DNA of 58,724 bases, the filler included, from Sphacelaria rigidula (Eukaryota): assembly GCA_964200075.2 (NCBI GenBank). It is 8 parts of 8 records of this genome, joined end to end, with 100 filler letters (N's around TTAATTAATTAA, not from the genome) between each part and the next. Parts side by side here need not be neighbours in the genome. Positions count along the whole stretch, not along the records: positions 36,767 to 44,019 come from CAXNAA020015756.1; positions 44,120 to 51,372 come from CAXNAA020015757.1; 6 more parts are not named here. The stretch is one strand, 5' to 3'. Below the pieces are notes generated by a model. The model saw only the letters and a program-made list of their open reading frames with translations, did not search any database and was not told the origin of the DNA. Positions within the stretch are counted from its first letter, which is position 1. Each line of letters starts with the position of its first letter. The position numbers and the translations under genes were made by a program. Positions 38,452 through 50,949 of this stretch are shown piece after piece.

Positions 38452-38876
38452 AAATTGCTTACGTAGCATACAGCACGCTAGGAGGGCAGTGGACATATCG
38501 CTCGACACCCTCATCTCCCAATCCCGTCGGGACAGACGCCACACTGAGAAATATTGCGGAAGCACATGGCACATCTCCTCAAATGGTCACGCTTTCGTGG
38601 GCGTTACAAAGCGGGGTCGTGGTGTTGCCCCGGTCATCCTCCCAGAAACACATTCGGGAAAACTTGCAAAGTTTTCTCGTGCCCAAGGATGACTCCGACG
38701 GCCGACTCGGCGGCGAAGAAGGGCTAGGCGCGGACAGGAAGAGGATATACCCGGAGGGAACCTGTGGTACTGTGCTGCCTGGAGACGAGGGCGCTGGTGC
38801 AGTTAGGGTGGCCACGTTTTTGACGGATCGAGAAATAGAGGCCATTGATGCCTTGGATGGGACTATCGGGTCGTGA
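38452..38876 (+). CDS. Aldo-keto reductase, last exon (acceptor at 38452 or the in-frame tandem site 38449)
   Basis: IAYVAYSTLGGQW...IAEAHGTSPQMVTLSWALQSGVVVLPRSSSQKHIRENL...LTDREIEAIDALDG*; phase 1 is compatible with the previous exon. Confidence 0.92.
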
Positions 38877-41211
38877 ACCGGTTTTGTTGGCGATAAGTGT
38901 TGCAGCCCGTACGGATTCGGTTTTGCTGTACCAAGGGTGGGCTTGATCCCTAGATGCGTTGTACAGCTTTTTGCAGTCGAGTGGTATTTTGCTGTAAATC
39001 GGTACTGTAGTGCGGCCTCATTCAACTGTTTTGTGCACATGGTAGCGTTGACCCTTGTGTGGTCACCTCTATGCGGAGACCTTCCGCACGTGGTTCTCGC
39101 GGATCGTCACGAAGGGTCGGTCGCGGTTCCTCGTATCTTTCGTTGATGTGATATTTGCGTGAAACACGGCGGTGACAGTTTACTTCCGCGCCAGTGTTTG
39201 TGTGTTTACCTGATCGTGTTGCTTTATGCGGAGCGTATTTATTGCCACAGCACTTCATGTGTGTTCTGCACGGTTCTGTGAGGTGAATTTTGCGTTTTTC
39301 AACACTGTCATTCGAACCGCGTGTGGATTAATGTTTGAAGCTAATGAAAATGGATGGCGATGGCGTTGATACACATATGCATGAACGTGACGGTCTCTAT
39401 GCTTCTGGACTAGAAACCTAAACCTGCGCCTAACGCCGTTGTCCTGGAGGACGTCCTGAAAACACCTCGCTCAAAGTGTGCACCGACCGCTGTGTCCCCA
39501 GAAAACTCTCAAGCTCCGATAAGAGATTGGTTCTCGTTCAGCCAACATGTAAAATACGGTGTGTCGGTTTTTGGACATGGGTCACCCCTTGATCGATTTT
39601 GTGTTTGTTGTCGTCCCATCTATTCTGGACGCCGGTCTACTCCTTTCGGTATATGTAGGCGCACCAGCCGGGGTCACGCAGGAGGAAGGTGAACACAAGA
39701 GTTTTTTATTGGGTAAACGTCACAGTAGGGTATACCATGATGCATTACTGACAAACCTGGGTACTGTCTTTGTTTGGAGGAGAAATGAGCGCAGCTGATT
39801 GGCCAACGGCCATTTTCACCCGACGGCGGCGGTAGACGGCCACGGTGTACCCTGCTGTGACTACTTTCCTCCCAATTGTGCCCTTGTTTTTGGAAATTGT
39901 ACCCACCTGTGACGGGAAATCAGTCTCCTCCATCGGCCATCTTCGACGCAACAATCGCTTCCCGCTCCCAGCAAAGGGCCCTAAAATACAGATCTTACCG
40001 CTGCAAACAACCATGCAACCCGTGCAGAATATCGTGACCACGGATCTTCCATCGGCCACTTTCGCCGAAGGAATCACTTCCTCCTTCCAGCAAAGGGCCC
40101 CAAGATACAGATCTTACCGTTTCGAACAACCGCGGCACCCCGCTCAATGCCGTTGGCACGGATCTTCCATCCCCCTTTCAACACACCACATATCACATTC
40201 TGCACCCGCTGCTTGCTGTGCACAGCTTGCTGTACACAACACCGAATGAAGTAAGGAGGAGTGATGTCCACGGGGCATGGATGCTTATACGAATCAATCC
40301 TTGGGCTTTGTTTTCTGCGTTGCGCCCCAGGTACGCGCACCCCAGGCACATGGGAAAGCGCAGAAATCGCGTAGATATGTTTTCGTCCCGCGGTCAACCT
40401 TTTCTCTCTTTCGAGCAATCAGGCCTCAGATATCGTAGATATACATGGTCATTCGCACCCGAATTGGCTACACGCACAAAGGGACATGCGTGCGTTGTTC
40501 GTCCGCCAGCCGTGTGCAGGCTCACGACTCCAGGCCGAAGCACCCTGCCTTCTTCTACATGATATTAGTACGTCTCCGTATATTATTTTTGATGTTTCCC
40601 TTCCATGCCACCCCAATAGTATTCTCTAGGCCTTTCGTACTCGACAACAATGTCAGTCCCAGTCCTGCGAACCCAACATGCTTTATTGCTCTGTCCAGAA
40701 CCCACCGTACTTCTTGATTCTGTCCATAGGAAACTTCTAGCAACGAGATAGTTTCCTCGGGTTGTCTGCAAGCCTTCTTGGAGTTACGGTCCTATGTGTA
40801 GCTCCGAAGTCAAGGGTGTCGCACCCAATACCATCATCACATGCTCTGTGCTTTACTGGTTTCTGGGCTGCCGTTTTCTCCAAGGCGAGGTGCGAGGCTA
40901 CTCCCTCGCCTCCCGCCTCACTCCGGTGTTCATGTACACTTCACTATCAACCTCTCCCAGGCGCTGTCTGCGGACAGACGAGGGCTCATAAACCTCCGGC
41001 GGTTACCTATCGTGGACAATCCTCAACAAACGGGCCATCATATAGCGAGAACAGTATTATACAGCAGTAGTAAAGAGAGACCTGCTGTTGTTCCAGCAAG
41101 CACTGCAGTCTATATACCTCTTCTAAAAATATACAGCTACGTATAACGAAGCGTTTTACACACGTCACTCCTTAAGCACGGGATCGTACAAATTGGATGG
41201 ATCATTTATTG

Positions 41212-41580
41212 GGAATGAGAAACCCGGAAAATTAAAATCTTCGCATCCGCACCGAATATTCGAAATATGGGTCCATTTCTTCACCCACTGATAGCTATTG
41301 ACAACTGCTACACGCCATAGGAATTTGGATTTCGATAACCGAAATATTGGGGTCCTCGGTGAAAAAAACCATTTCGGAACCATATTGGCGTCCGCTCGGA
41401 TACCCGGAATTCCACAAAACTGTTTCTTCCCCTATGGCCCCAACATTTCGGTGTTCGAAATCCAAATTTCTATGGCGTGTAGCAGTTGTCAATAGCTATC
41501 AGTACGTGAAGAAATGAAACCATATTTCGAGTATTTGGTGCGGATACGAAGATTTTAATGCTCTGGGTTTCCATCCCGAA
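41212..41580. repeat. Inverted repeat / foldback (~150-160-bp arms, ~45-60-nt loop)
   Basis: actgatagctattgacaactgctacacgccatag pairs perfectly with ctatggcgtgtagcagttgtcaatagctatcagt, and pairing extends out to gaaacccgg / ctgggtttc. Confidence 0.95.
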
Positions 41581-42721
41581 CAAATAACAGGGGATTCTAT
41601 AAAATGAGGTTCATCAATGAAATGAGGTTTGAAGACCCTAGCCGCTGGATGACGAAAAGCCCTCAGGAGTACCGCACGACACTGCTAATGCGCAACTTTG
41701 AGGAGGAGTAGGAAGTGCGTCCGTGGTTTCACATGCCGCCCATCCCTGGTTAGCTGCGGGCGACGGAGCATAACAACGTTTGTTTGATCGTCGACGGATG
41801 TCTTCACTGTTGTTCATCTCGATACTCGTGTCCAGACAAAAATCTCGGGCGTCAAGTTGCTGCCAGTAAGGTCAGTAAGGTGCTGTCAGTGACGTGGTGG
41901 GGGGATATCACTGCCAACGCAGTGATGTGCCGAGCGGATGATTAGGCGTCTACTGTCCTGAAGAATCGACAGCCGATGCACAACATGAATAGTTTATTGC
42001 ACGACTCAACCGTACTGCAAATACCCGTCGAGCTTTCCAATCCGGTTCGAGCATATGTGAGGCGGCAATGTCCCTGTCGAAAGAGAAATCGTTGGCATCC
42101 ACCCCCAAGATCGCTTCGTACGGTCCCGCCATACACACCATCGCAACACCGCATCATGCTACATGACAGCATGTCGACCCCGCCCTGAGCCGTACGTTCG
42201 CGCCCGCATCCCGACCTGTATGTGAACCTATTGCTTTCACTCTCCAACTGCGCCACTGCAACTCGAGACTCCAGCGTCATCACTAGTTGCTATTGCCATC
42301 ACCACCATCACCACCATCGCCATCACTTCCAGTATCACAGTCATCATGGTCATCATCGGGGGCTACCTCGTCCTCCAACCCCTCTCGACCCGTGTCGCGT
42401 CTGGCCCTCAGCCACCTTTGCTCGAATCCCGATCCACCTACGACCAGATCCCCGAGAGTGACCGCGATGGGCTGCTTCGCGGTGAGCCTCCCTTTCCTCT
42501 CTCGACTCTCTTGCACACTGGCTATTACAACATGCTGCGTACCATCTGCGCCGCCTATCGCAGCGGTAAGGTACGCGTCTCTGGGGCCGTTGTGCGGTAT
42601 TTTCGACCTGATCCCCGTCACAACCCCCTCCCCGCCCGTATCCCGTTCCAAATGGTAGAATGGGCACGTGTCTGAGACCTCCAACTACAGGGCCGCTTCC
42701 GACTGGCAGGCTTCCCTGCCG

Positions 42722-43975
42722 GAAAACTGATTATTGCCCTAGACTCATGAAATAAAAAATAAAAATTGGTGCCGATGTAATTTTTTTCCCATGCCCTATG
42801 CATTGTTCATACCAAATTTCAAGGTCCAACCCCAAACATTGGCGGGAGCATGGGCCTTTTAAAAGCCGGGTCGGTAGAAATTCGGAATAGTATTTCGCAG
42901 GCCACTCACTGGCCTATCTTTGATCTTCGTGCATTATATTTTGGTTGGGCGCTCTCTGAGCGCATAATCAAGAGAACAAAGTGGGTCGTTTTTTCTTTTT
43001 TCATTCTTTTCACTGGTTTAGGGCGTTATACTACGGTAAAGACCATTTCTTCACGAGAACGCCTGAACCTCCACGAAGAACAAATGCAGGCCCATTTTGT
43101 TCTTTATTCGGCTATTTTGCGTTCTCCACACCAAAATTCGTCTCCATCCGCTGAATGCATCGATCGGGAGTGCCATAGAGATTCTAGTATTCGCGCTATC
43201 CCCCGTAGGTATAGGGATTACTAGGCATGGGGTTCAACCAACGAGAAAATATGAGCCCGAACGTTTGAGTAAATGAGCACCTTGCCCTTGATCAGACGAT
43301 TGATACGATATGCGGATCGCGGCCCAACTCGTCTATGTCGATGAGATATCAGTTATACAGCTCAAATCCGTTTTTAGGCTGGCCCAGCTCGTACAGCAGC
43401 AGTGTCGGCGGTTGGGCTCGGGATTTAGTCAGTCATATATCCCGCAACGTTTGCGGTTGACCGTCTTACGATTTCCTCGGACCTACTCTAGCACGCCACT
43501 CAGGCCGCTTCCTACGAGCTCGGCCAGCTTGGAGGCGGATTTGAAGTTTGGAGGCCCATGCTCCCGCCAAGATTTGGAGTTGGACCCTGAAATTTAGTAT
43601 TTACAACGAAAAGGGTATGAAAACAAATGGCGTCAGTACCATTTATTTTTTTCATGAGTGGATGGCATTTTCCTGAAAGCCAAAAACTGATTATTGCCCC
43701 GGAGTGTTAGACAAAACTATTTTGAGACCGAGGTAATTCAGTTCCATGCCCCATTCGTAGTGCATACCAAATTTCAGGGTCCAACTCTAAATATCGGCGG
43801 GAGCATGGGCCTTCAGAGAACAGGATCGGTCAAAATTCGGAACAGTATTCTGAAGGCCACCCACCGGCCGGCGTGTGTTTTTCTCTATTGAAATGTTGCG
43901 TGGGCGCTCTCCAAGGAAAATCAACAGAACAAAGCAGGTCAATTCTTGAATTATTTTTTTCACAGGTTTAGTGCG
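42722..43975. repeat. Two diverged direct copies (~42722-43025, ~43682-43975) and one inverted partial copy (~43545-43600) of a ~290-bp repeat
   Basis: Shared aaaactgattattgccc, cataccaaatttca.ggtccaac, ggcgggagcatgggcct and aaattcggaa.agtatt. Confidence 0.8.
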
Positions 43976-43986
43976 TTCTACTGTAA

Positions 43987-44019
43987 ACAGGGTTGCCAGA
44001 AAAATGAGAACGTATTTTG
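43987..44019. mobile_element. DNA-transposon-like terminus CAGGGTTGCCAG at a contig end; the same sequence is reverse-complemented at 14727-14762
   Basis: aaacagggttgccagaaaaatgagaacgtattttg is the reverse complement of caaaatacgttctcatttttctggcaaccctgttt. Confidence 0.6.
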
Positions 44020-45779
44020 NNNNNNNNNNNNNNNNNNNNNNNNNNNNNNNNNNNNNNNNNNNNTTAATTAATTAANNNNNNNNNNNNNNNNNNNNNNNNN
44101 NNNNNNNNNNNNNNNNNNNGTGGGGTGATGCAAAGTGTCCAAGACGTGTGTTGGCGATTTTCCCTGTTTGAGGGTCAAACGGGGGGTCAAACGTCCCAAA
44201 AGTGCACAATCCGTGGGCCAAAAATCTGTTTGCCATAACATCCGGCCTAATCCGTACAATCTTACTAACACACTCAGCCCATATATACGCCCGTCCAACG
44301 CATACCATAGTGCCATGGGTGTGGGTTGAGGCTTCGGGTCGGCTACAGAGTTTGGTGCAGTACAGTTATGGGGGTGATTGGGGCCCGATTTTGGAAACTA
44401 TATACCTGGAAGATGGACCGACCAACTCCACAGTCAGTTGAATGCAGAAGAAATGAAACCTAAATGAGCCAATCAGTATCGATCACAAGTACACGCGTCA
44501 CTCGAAATGACGACGGCGCTCATGCAAAATGTACTATTGCTATAATACATTCTAGGACACACCTGTGACTGACGTTGCTGTACACCTGTACACAGGTTTA
44601 CAACAACAGGAGGATAGATGCTGCTGCTCGTGTTGTTGTGAATATCTTTCAACTCTATTTTATCGGCAAAGAAGCAGAGGATTGGACTGCGCTTTGATGC
44701 ATGCGCTTTCCACACACCAGAACTAATAAGTGTTGCAAGCAGGTTTCCGTAATGCGTGCCGCGGAGGCCGCAGCACTTTGCAAACCGCTGCACCAAACAC
44801 AAAAGCAAACACGGAATGTACTGAAAACGCGTTTCCTCCAACGTTCTGGGGCTTTCCGGATCCGCTGTGGCGAATTGAGCAACTCCGCCGCCACAGTGAA
44901 TACATTTAGTGTGTGTGCGGGGGTCTGTGTAGTGCCACAGGCCGGTTCGCTTCCTGTCTCGAGAACTGCGCGACGAAAAAAATTAAGTTGTCGCATACTA
45001 AACCTAGGTAACTTGGGATGGAGCATGTGTTCTGTTCGGCACAAGTTCGGCACAGGTCCAAACAGGTCCAAACAGTCCATGACGTCTTCAATACGTCTTC
45101 AATATCCCTCCGCGTTCAATTTATTTCATGTGGGAAACGGATTTTTGGTCGGTAACGCCTTCATTCACCCCCATAATAGTACAACACAGTTCAGTACATT
45201 CAGTACTACTACTGTACTACGAGTACCGACGCACTTACGCCAGACGTACACCCTTCCAATGCAGACCAATGAGCTTCGCGAGTGTGGCTAGGGTTGGAGA
45301 TAGCTCTAGAGTTTAAGGGGCAGTGTTGTACGTGCTGCTCATCATAAACACGCATGCACAACATAAGGGCACCCCGCACTACAAACAGGGGGTACAACCG
45401 TGCATCTACACCTGAATGGGGATACAATTTTGTCAGTGAGAAGGAGACTCTCCGATTTCAGGCGTTTCAGTTTGTTCTTGCTAGTTGAGAGGCGGGACAC
45501 GACGTACGGTGAGGAGAAGATAAATAGAGTCGAGACAGCGATATGACCGAGCCCCCCTCGAGGCAACAAGGCGATGTCCTGCGTGCGTTTTGGGGCTGCT
45601 TTGGGCATTGACATCTACCATACATCGTAAAGCTGACACAATCCTCTTGAACATGACTACGAGTAACTGATTGGCTTGATCATTTTCTGGAGAATGACGC
45701 GTAGATATCTGCACAACAAGCTGTAGGTAAACATTATGAAGAAGATCATAGTACCAAGCATGAGGAGCATGATTTTTTT

Positions 45780-48700
45780 TATAATTGATTGATTGTCGCA
45801 CTTTAACCGACCCTCCAGGGGCCCAGCCGTGGTCGCGTGATTGACGTACCCAAGAAAAGCAAAACTGAAACAGCCGCTGAAGAAAAGAAGCAACAGAACA
45901 AAGTCGGCTCCTTTGTGCGGGACAGCCCCTAGCGCACGTATGTTCCCCTGGAGGGTATCCTCCCATTGCTTGGGGGGGCGGCCGGCCTCCTTGGGTCCTC
46001 GTGTGGAAAGCCGACCGCTCATGACGCGCTTAGGAAGGCGTGTGTCCTTCTGCCGGACAAGGGCTCCCGCGAAGCAGAGTTGACGTTTGCGGATAGTCGT
46101 CTCGGTACGTTCGCAGTTGGTCATCTCTAGCACCGCTCTGTACGAAAGAGTCTTCAACCATTTCGATCTTTCCTGCGGAATCCAACCACTCGCAGCAAGA
46201 GCTTGTGATGGACAGCCCGCGGACTGTCGAAGTCCTCGGAACGTAGCGTCCATGAAGATCGAAACGATCTTTCCTGCGGAACCCAGCCACTCGCAGCAAG
46301 AGATTTTGATGGGCAGTTCGAAGACTGTCGAAGTCCTCAGAACGTAGCGTCCATGTGGCACATCCATACAACAGAGCTTTTACCACCTCCGCTTCAAGAA
46401 GTCGAACTTTCAAGGATAGCTCGGCGCTGGGTCGGTCCTAGAGTTGGGAGCTATGTTTTCGGATACGCGCCCACGCCGCGCTGATACGGCGGCTGATTTC
46501 GATGGACAGTTTCGCATCCGCGCTGATAGCTCCACTAAGGTAGATGAACTTTCCCGTCTGTATATACCGTTGACCGTTAGCTTTGATATCCAGGACGGGC
46601 TCCGTAGGAGTAGGTACTGACCAAAGGCGCATGGACTCTGTCTTGTTCTCGGAGACCATCAGGCCGAATTCCTGGCAGGTCATCACTATCACGGCCATCA
46701 TTCGAGCAAGACCTTCTGAGGTCTTCGAGGCTATGCCGGCGTCGTCCGCATAAACCTTTGCCCACACCGCGCGTCGCATGTTTTCCAGCGGTGTCTCTTC
46801 CACGGGTTCACCACCGTCACCTTTTGACGCATCATCTACAAAGACCAAGTCTGTGACGATGACTGGGTCCGTCGCAAACCGCTGAACTATCACCTCCATC
46901 AAGCCTGCTCCGAAGATGTTGAACAGCAGCGGAGACGGAACGCAACCTTGTCAGAGTCCCTGGCAGACGTGCAACCACGCTGATAGTTCGCCATTATCTA
47001 GATGTACCCGAGCTCGCATGCCGTCGTGAAACATGCGGATGATCGTGATCATTCGCGATGGGACTCCGAAACGAGCAAGCATTTCCCACACGAGCGTGCG
47101 GTTTACGGAATCGTAGGCTTCATGAAGATCGATAAAACATATTTTTATTGGGACGTTGCTCGCCCGTCCCAACTCCTGGAGTCAGCGTACTACGAACATC
47201 ATGTCTGTGGTCCATCTTTGGCGCCTAAACCCACACTGCTCTTCCGGGAAGACATCTCTTTCATCACAAAAATCACCGAGCCTGTTAGCTACGATTTTAA
47301 GGAAAACTTGAGCAGTATGTGCCACAAGTGAGATGCCTTTGTAGTTACTAAACTGGGTTATATCTTGTTTTTTGTGTAGCACCTTGATGGTGACATATTT
47401 CCATTCTTGCGGCACCTCGCCAGATATTCAAACCACAGAGACGATGCTGTGGAAGTGGTACAGAATGTCCGACGCCCTCCTGTTCAGTTCAAGCTTCAGG
47501 ATTTCAGCAGGAATATCATCCGGACCGGTTGCTTTGCCGTCCGACAAAGCTCTCAGAGCCTCCTCAGTTTCACTTGGGCTTCGTGGGTCTCCTAGTGACA
47601 GCGCTACTGGTCATTGAGCAATCTTCTCGATGACGGTGCGGCCGATAGTGGCCGGTATGGCGTTCAGCAATTTAGAGAAGTACCGTTCCCATCTCCCGTT
47701 GATCAAACCGTTGTCCCGCAGTGAATTGCCGTCCTCATCTCGAATGCACTGTTCACTCTCGGTTGGTCGTCCAGACAGTCTCCACCCTCCATTGTCATGT
47801 TTGTACCGTTCTCTCATGTCCCCCGCTCGAGTATACTCCTCTAGTTCTCTAGCATACACATCCACATATTTGTCCGCCCCAACTTGGATCACCTATTTGA
47901 TCTTTTCGCATACTGCTCGCAATGTGCGCCATGCGGGTTTATCTCGAGATGATCCTGGTCTCACCGTTGATCTCGCCCTTTCCCTCTCCATCCAGGCCTG
48001 TTCGGATTCCGCTCTGATGTTAGCATCCTCGAACCACCCAGGTATACGTGGCTTTCGGGTCGGACGGGGTACCTACCATCTTTTCAGCGGCACTCAAGAG
48101 TGCGTCGGCAAAGTTCGTCGCCAGTGAACTAACTGTATCACCAGGTATACTCTGTTCGAGCTCGCTGATGATGAGCTGGGTGAGCTGCCCACGTCCGTTG
48201 GGGTCAGATACTATTGCCCGTCTGTCGATCGGTGCACGCCCAATTGAGATTCGTTTAGGTCTGTTGTGTGCGAAGCGACCGAGGAGCTGCACTGAGGCGC
48301 ACACGATGTTGTGGTCAGAGTCCGGCGAATTGGGGGGTTGAAGGTGAACGGTGACATTGCGCACAAGCCTGCGGTGATCTTGCCGTGTGATAATGTAGTC
48401 AATGCGTTTTTTGTCCGCGGGGCGATTCGCAACACCGTTGAACGTACGCGAGGTATTTCCCTTGGGGGTGGAAAAGAACGCGTTGGCCAGGGAAAGCCTG
48501 TTGTTGCCTGCAAATTGCATTAGAGATGTGCCGTTACTGTCGTTGGATCGGGAGTCTCGGCCGTATGCTCCTACAATTCTACGTTCCTCCTCGCCTGTTC
48601 GTACTCCAGTCCTCGCCTTAGCGTCTATCAAAACAAACAGGCGATGCTTGTGGGGGATACGGTTTACAATGCCGTCTAACTCAATCCAGAACTCATCTCT

Positions 48701-49670
48701 GTCTTCTCTTGACTGTGGAGGGTCTGTAGGAGCATATACAACTACAAACGCAGCATTTGATTAACCCGCTAGGTTGAAAGTCATCAACGTGAGGCGTTCG
48801 CTGATGAGTGCCTGAGCCCACGTCGCCTTGCTGATGATTGACTCCTTGACCACCAACCCAACCCCATGTTGACCAGCCCTTCCCTCACCCCCCTCTGCCC
48901 CACAGCAACAGACGCGATATCCGGACGCACAAATTCGGATCGACCTGGTCTCCTCGTTTCCTGTAGCCTGATGACGTCACATCCGACTGCCTGACATTGT
49001 TGCAGGACCACCTCAGCATGGCCAGCTCCGTTCTTTCCCGTGAGGGAGAGTGCACAGACGTTGTAGATAGACACTTTGAGCTCTCCACTACGCGAGCTAG
49101 CTTCAACCTTCTCTATATTCACGCGTCTTTCTCTTTGCTCTGCTCTCCTTCTTGGTCTGTTCCGCCTCGTAATTTCACGGGCGAGCTTTTTTTCTGTCCC
49201 GATTCTTCTTTGGCACGTCTATCACGGTACTCGCCTTGCTTGTTGGTCTCGCGGGAAGGGTGCGGCCTTCCCATCCCGCGTCGGCCGCTATCTCCAGTCC
49301 GTCAAATCTGATACTCACTCACACGTGTCTCATCTCCATCGACGTAATTTCCGTGACAGTGTCTCAACACCGGGTTAAAAGCTGCAGCCGCGGGTTCAAT
49401 TCGGTTCACATTTTCGGGTAGAATTCCGAAGCTGCAGGGTTGAGCCTGGACGTTAGCACTTTCGACATCACCTACTACCAGCATGACGAGTAGAAAATAA
49501 CCCCAGGGTCTGTCCTTGTCTCGTCAGGCCGCGTGAGGTCAAGGAGTAGAGGGTGAGGTCAATATCACCACCCGCCTCGAAGCGGAGGCTTGGCCGTACC
49601 ATTTGACCCGAGTAAACGGACGAGTGTATTGAGATGGGTTTACCTTAGTTCGCCTCCAAATCATCCATAG
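45780..49670 (-). mobile_element. Near full-length degenerate RTE-type LINE: 5' leader, APE endonuclease, RT and microsatellite 3' tail
   Basis: Endonuclease: YNVCALS...DVIRLQETR, DAKARTG, IDYII, SDHNIV. RT: PQEWKYVTIKVLHKK, EEQCGFR, CFIDLHEAYDSV, VYADDAG, LLYGCATW. Tail ends (caat)n at ~45785. Many stops and frameshifts. Confidence 0.94.
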
Positions 49671-49877
49671 TTGACACATTTTTTAATAGCCTTACTAACT
49701 CTAACCCTACCCCGAACCCAAGGTATACCGAGAACCCTCGGGCAAGGGGGGTGCAAATGGTGGCCTGCGCAAAGTGTGCATTTATAGACCTCAAATCGGT
49801 GCCGCAGGCGCCGATTGGAAAAAACGCGTTCGGCGCACGCTATTAATAGGAGCACCCGGGACCGTCAACTCCACTAA

Positions 49878-50800
49878 GGCTGCTCCTTATAACAGACAAG
49901 AATAAAAATCTGGAAAAGTACCCTTTTTGAGCTTATACGTCGTTTTACGCCCCAAAAGAGAGGTAGGCGGAATTTGATACCTTGGAATTACTTGCTCTAC
50001 TAGTTGAGGCGGTTCCAGGACATCTTGCCGCTTTCCGGTGGCCGCTGTTTTCATTTTGGCCAAACATTTTTTTTTGTTAAAAGAATGGTAAAAAACAGTC
50101 AATTGATTTGATTTGATTGATTGTCGCACTTCAATTGACCACCCGGGGATCCAGTCGTGGTCGCATGATTGTCGTACCCAAAAAAAGCAGAACTGAAACA
50201 CTCGCTCAAGAAAAGAAGGAACAGAAAAAACTCGAACATGACGACATAGTAGACTAAGACGTGAAAAAAAAAAAGGATATAAAAAAACTTCAACAAAAGC
50301 AAAGCACAAAAAGAAATGGCCGACCTCAGGCCGCTCCTTATATTAGACAAAAATAAAAATCTGGGAAAAAGTGCCTTTTTGAAGCTTCCACGTCATTTTA
50401 CACCCCAAAAGAGAGCTAGGCGGAGTTTGACACTTTGGAGAAACTTGCTCTACTACTTGAGGCGGTTCCAGGACATCTTCCTGTTTTCCCCTGGCCGCTG
50501 TTTTTTTTTGGCCAAACAAGATTTTTTGTCCGGGAACGGTATAAAGCAGTCAAGTTCAGAGAAAAGTGCCGAATTCTTGTAGATTCGACTGTTTTTTACC
50601 GTTCTTCAAAAAAATCTTGTTTGGCCAAAATAAAAACTGCGGCCACGGGAAAACGGGAAGATATCCTGGAACCGCCTCAACTAGTAGAGCAAGTCATTCC
50701 AAGGTGTCAAACTCCGCCTACCTCTCTTTTGGGGCGTACGTAAAAGCTCCAAAAAGGCACTCTTCCAGATTTTTATTCTTGTCTACTATAAGAAGCGGCC
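49878..50800. mobile_element. Composite of palindromic Harbinger/Tourist-like MITEs: half copy 49878-50103, LINE-tail insert ~50104-50320, full copy 50329-50800
   Basis: Termini GGC(C/T)GCTCCTTATA...TATAAGAAGCGGCC, flanked by TAA at 49875-49877 and 50801-50803. The insert matches the LINE 3' tail at 45785-45900. Confidence 0.85.
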
Positions 50801-50829
50801 TAAGGCTACTTCTTATATATCAAGAAACC

Positions 50830-50949
50830 TCTATCAGAAAACGCGTTTTCTGATAGAATTTTTTCTGATAACATTTTTCGATAGCCCAAAGTTATCAGAA
50901 AATGGCTATTTTCTAATAACCTTGGGCTATCGAAAAACGTTATTGAAAA
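50830..50949. repeat. Two adjacent palindromes built from a tatcagaaaa / ttttctgata motif
   Basis: tctatcagaaaacgcgttttctgataga is a perfect 28-bp palindrome. It is followed by tttttcgatagcccaa.gttat...ataac.ttgggctatcgaaaaa. Confidence 0.85.

Noticed and set aside
32753-38876. SNU13-AKR gene cluster
   Set aside because: The two genes lie on different contigs separated by an artificial linker.
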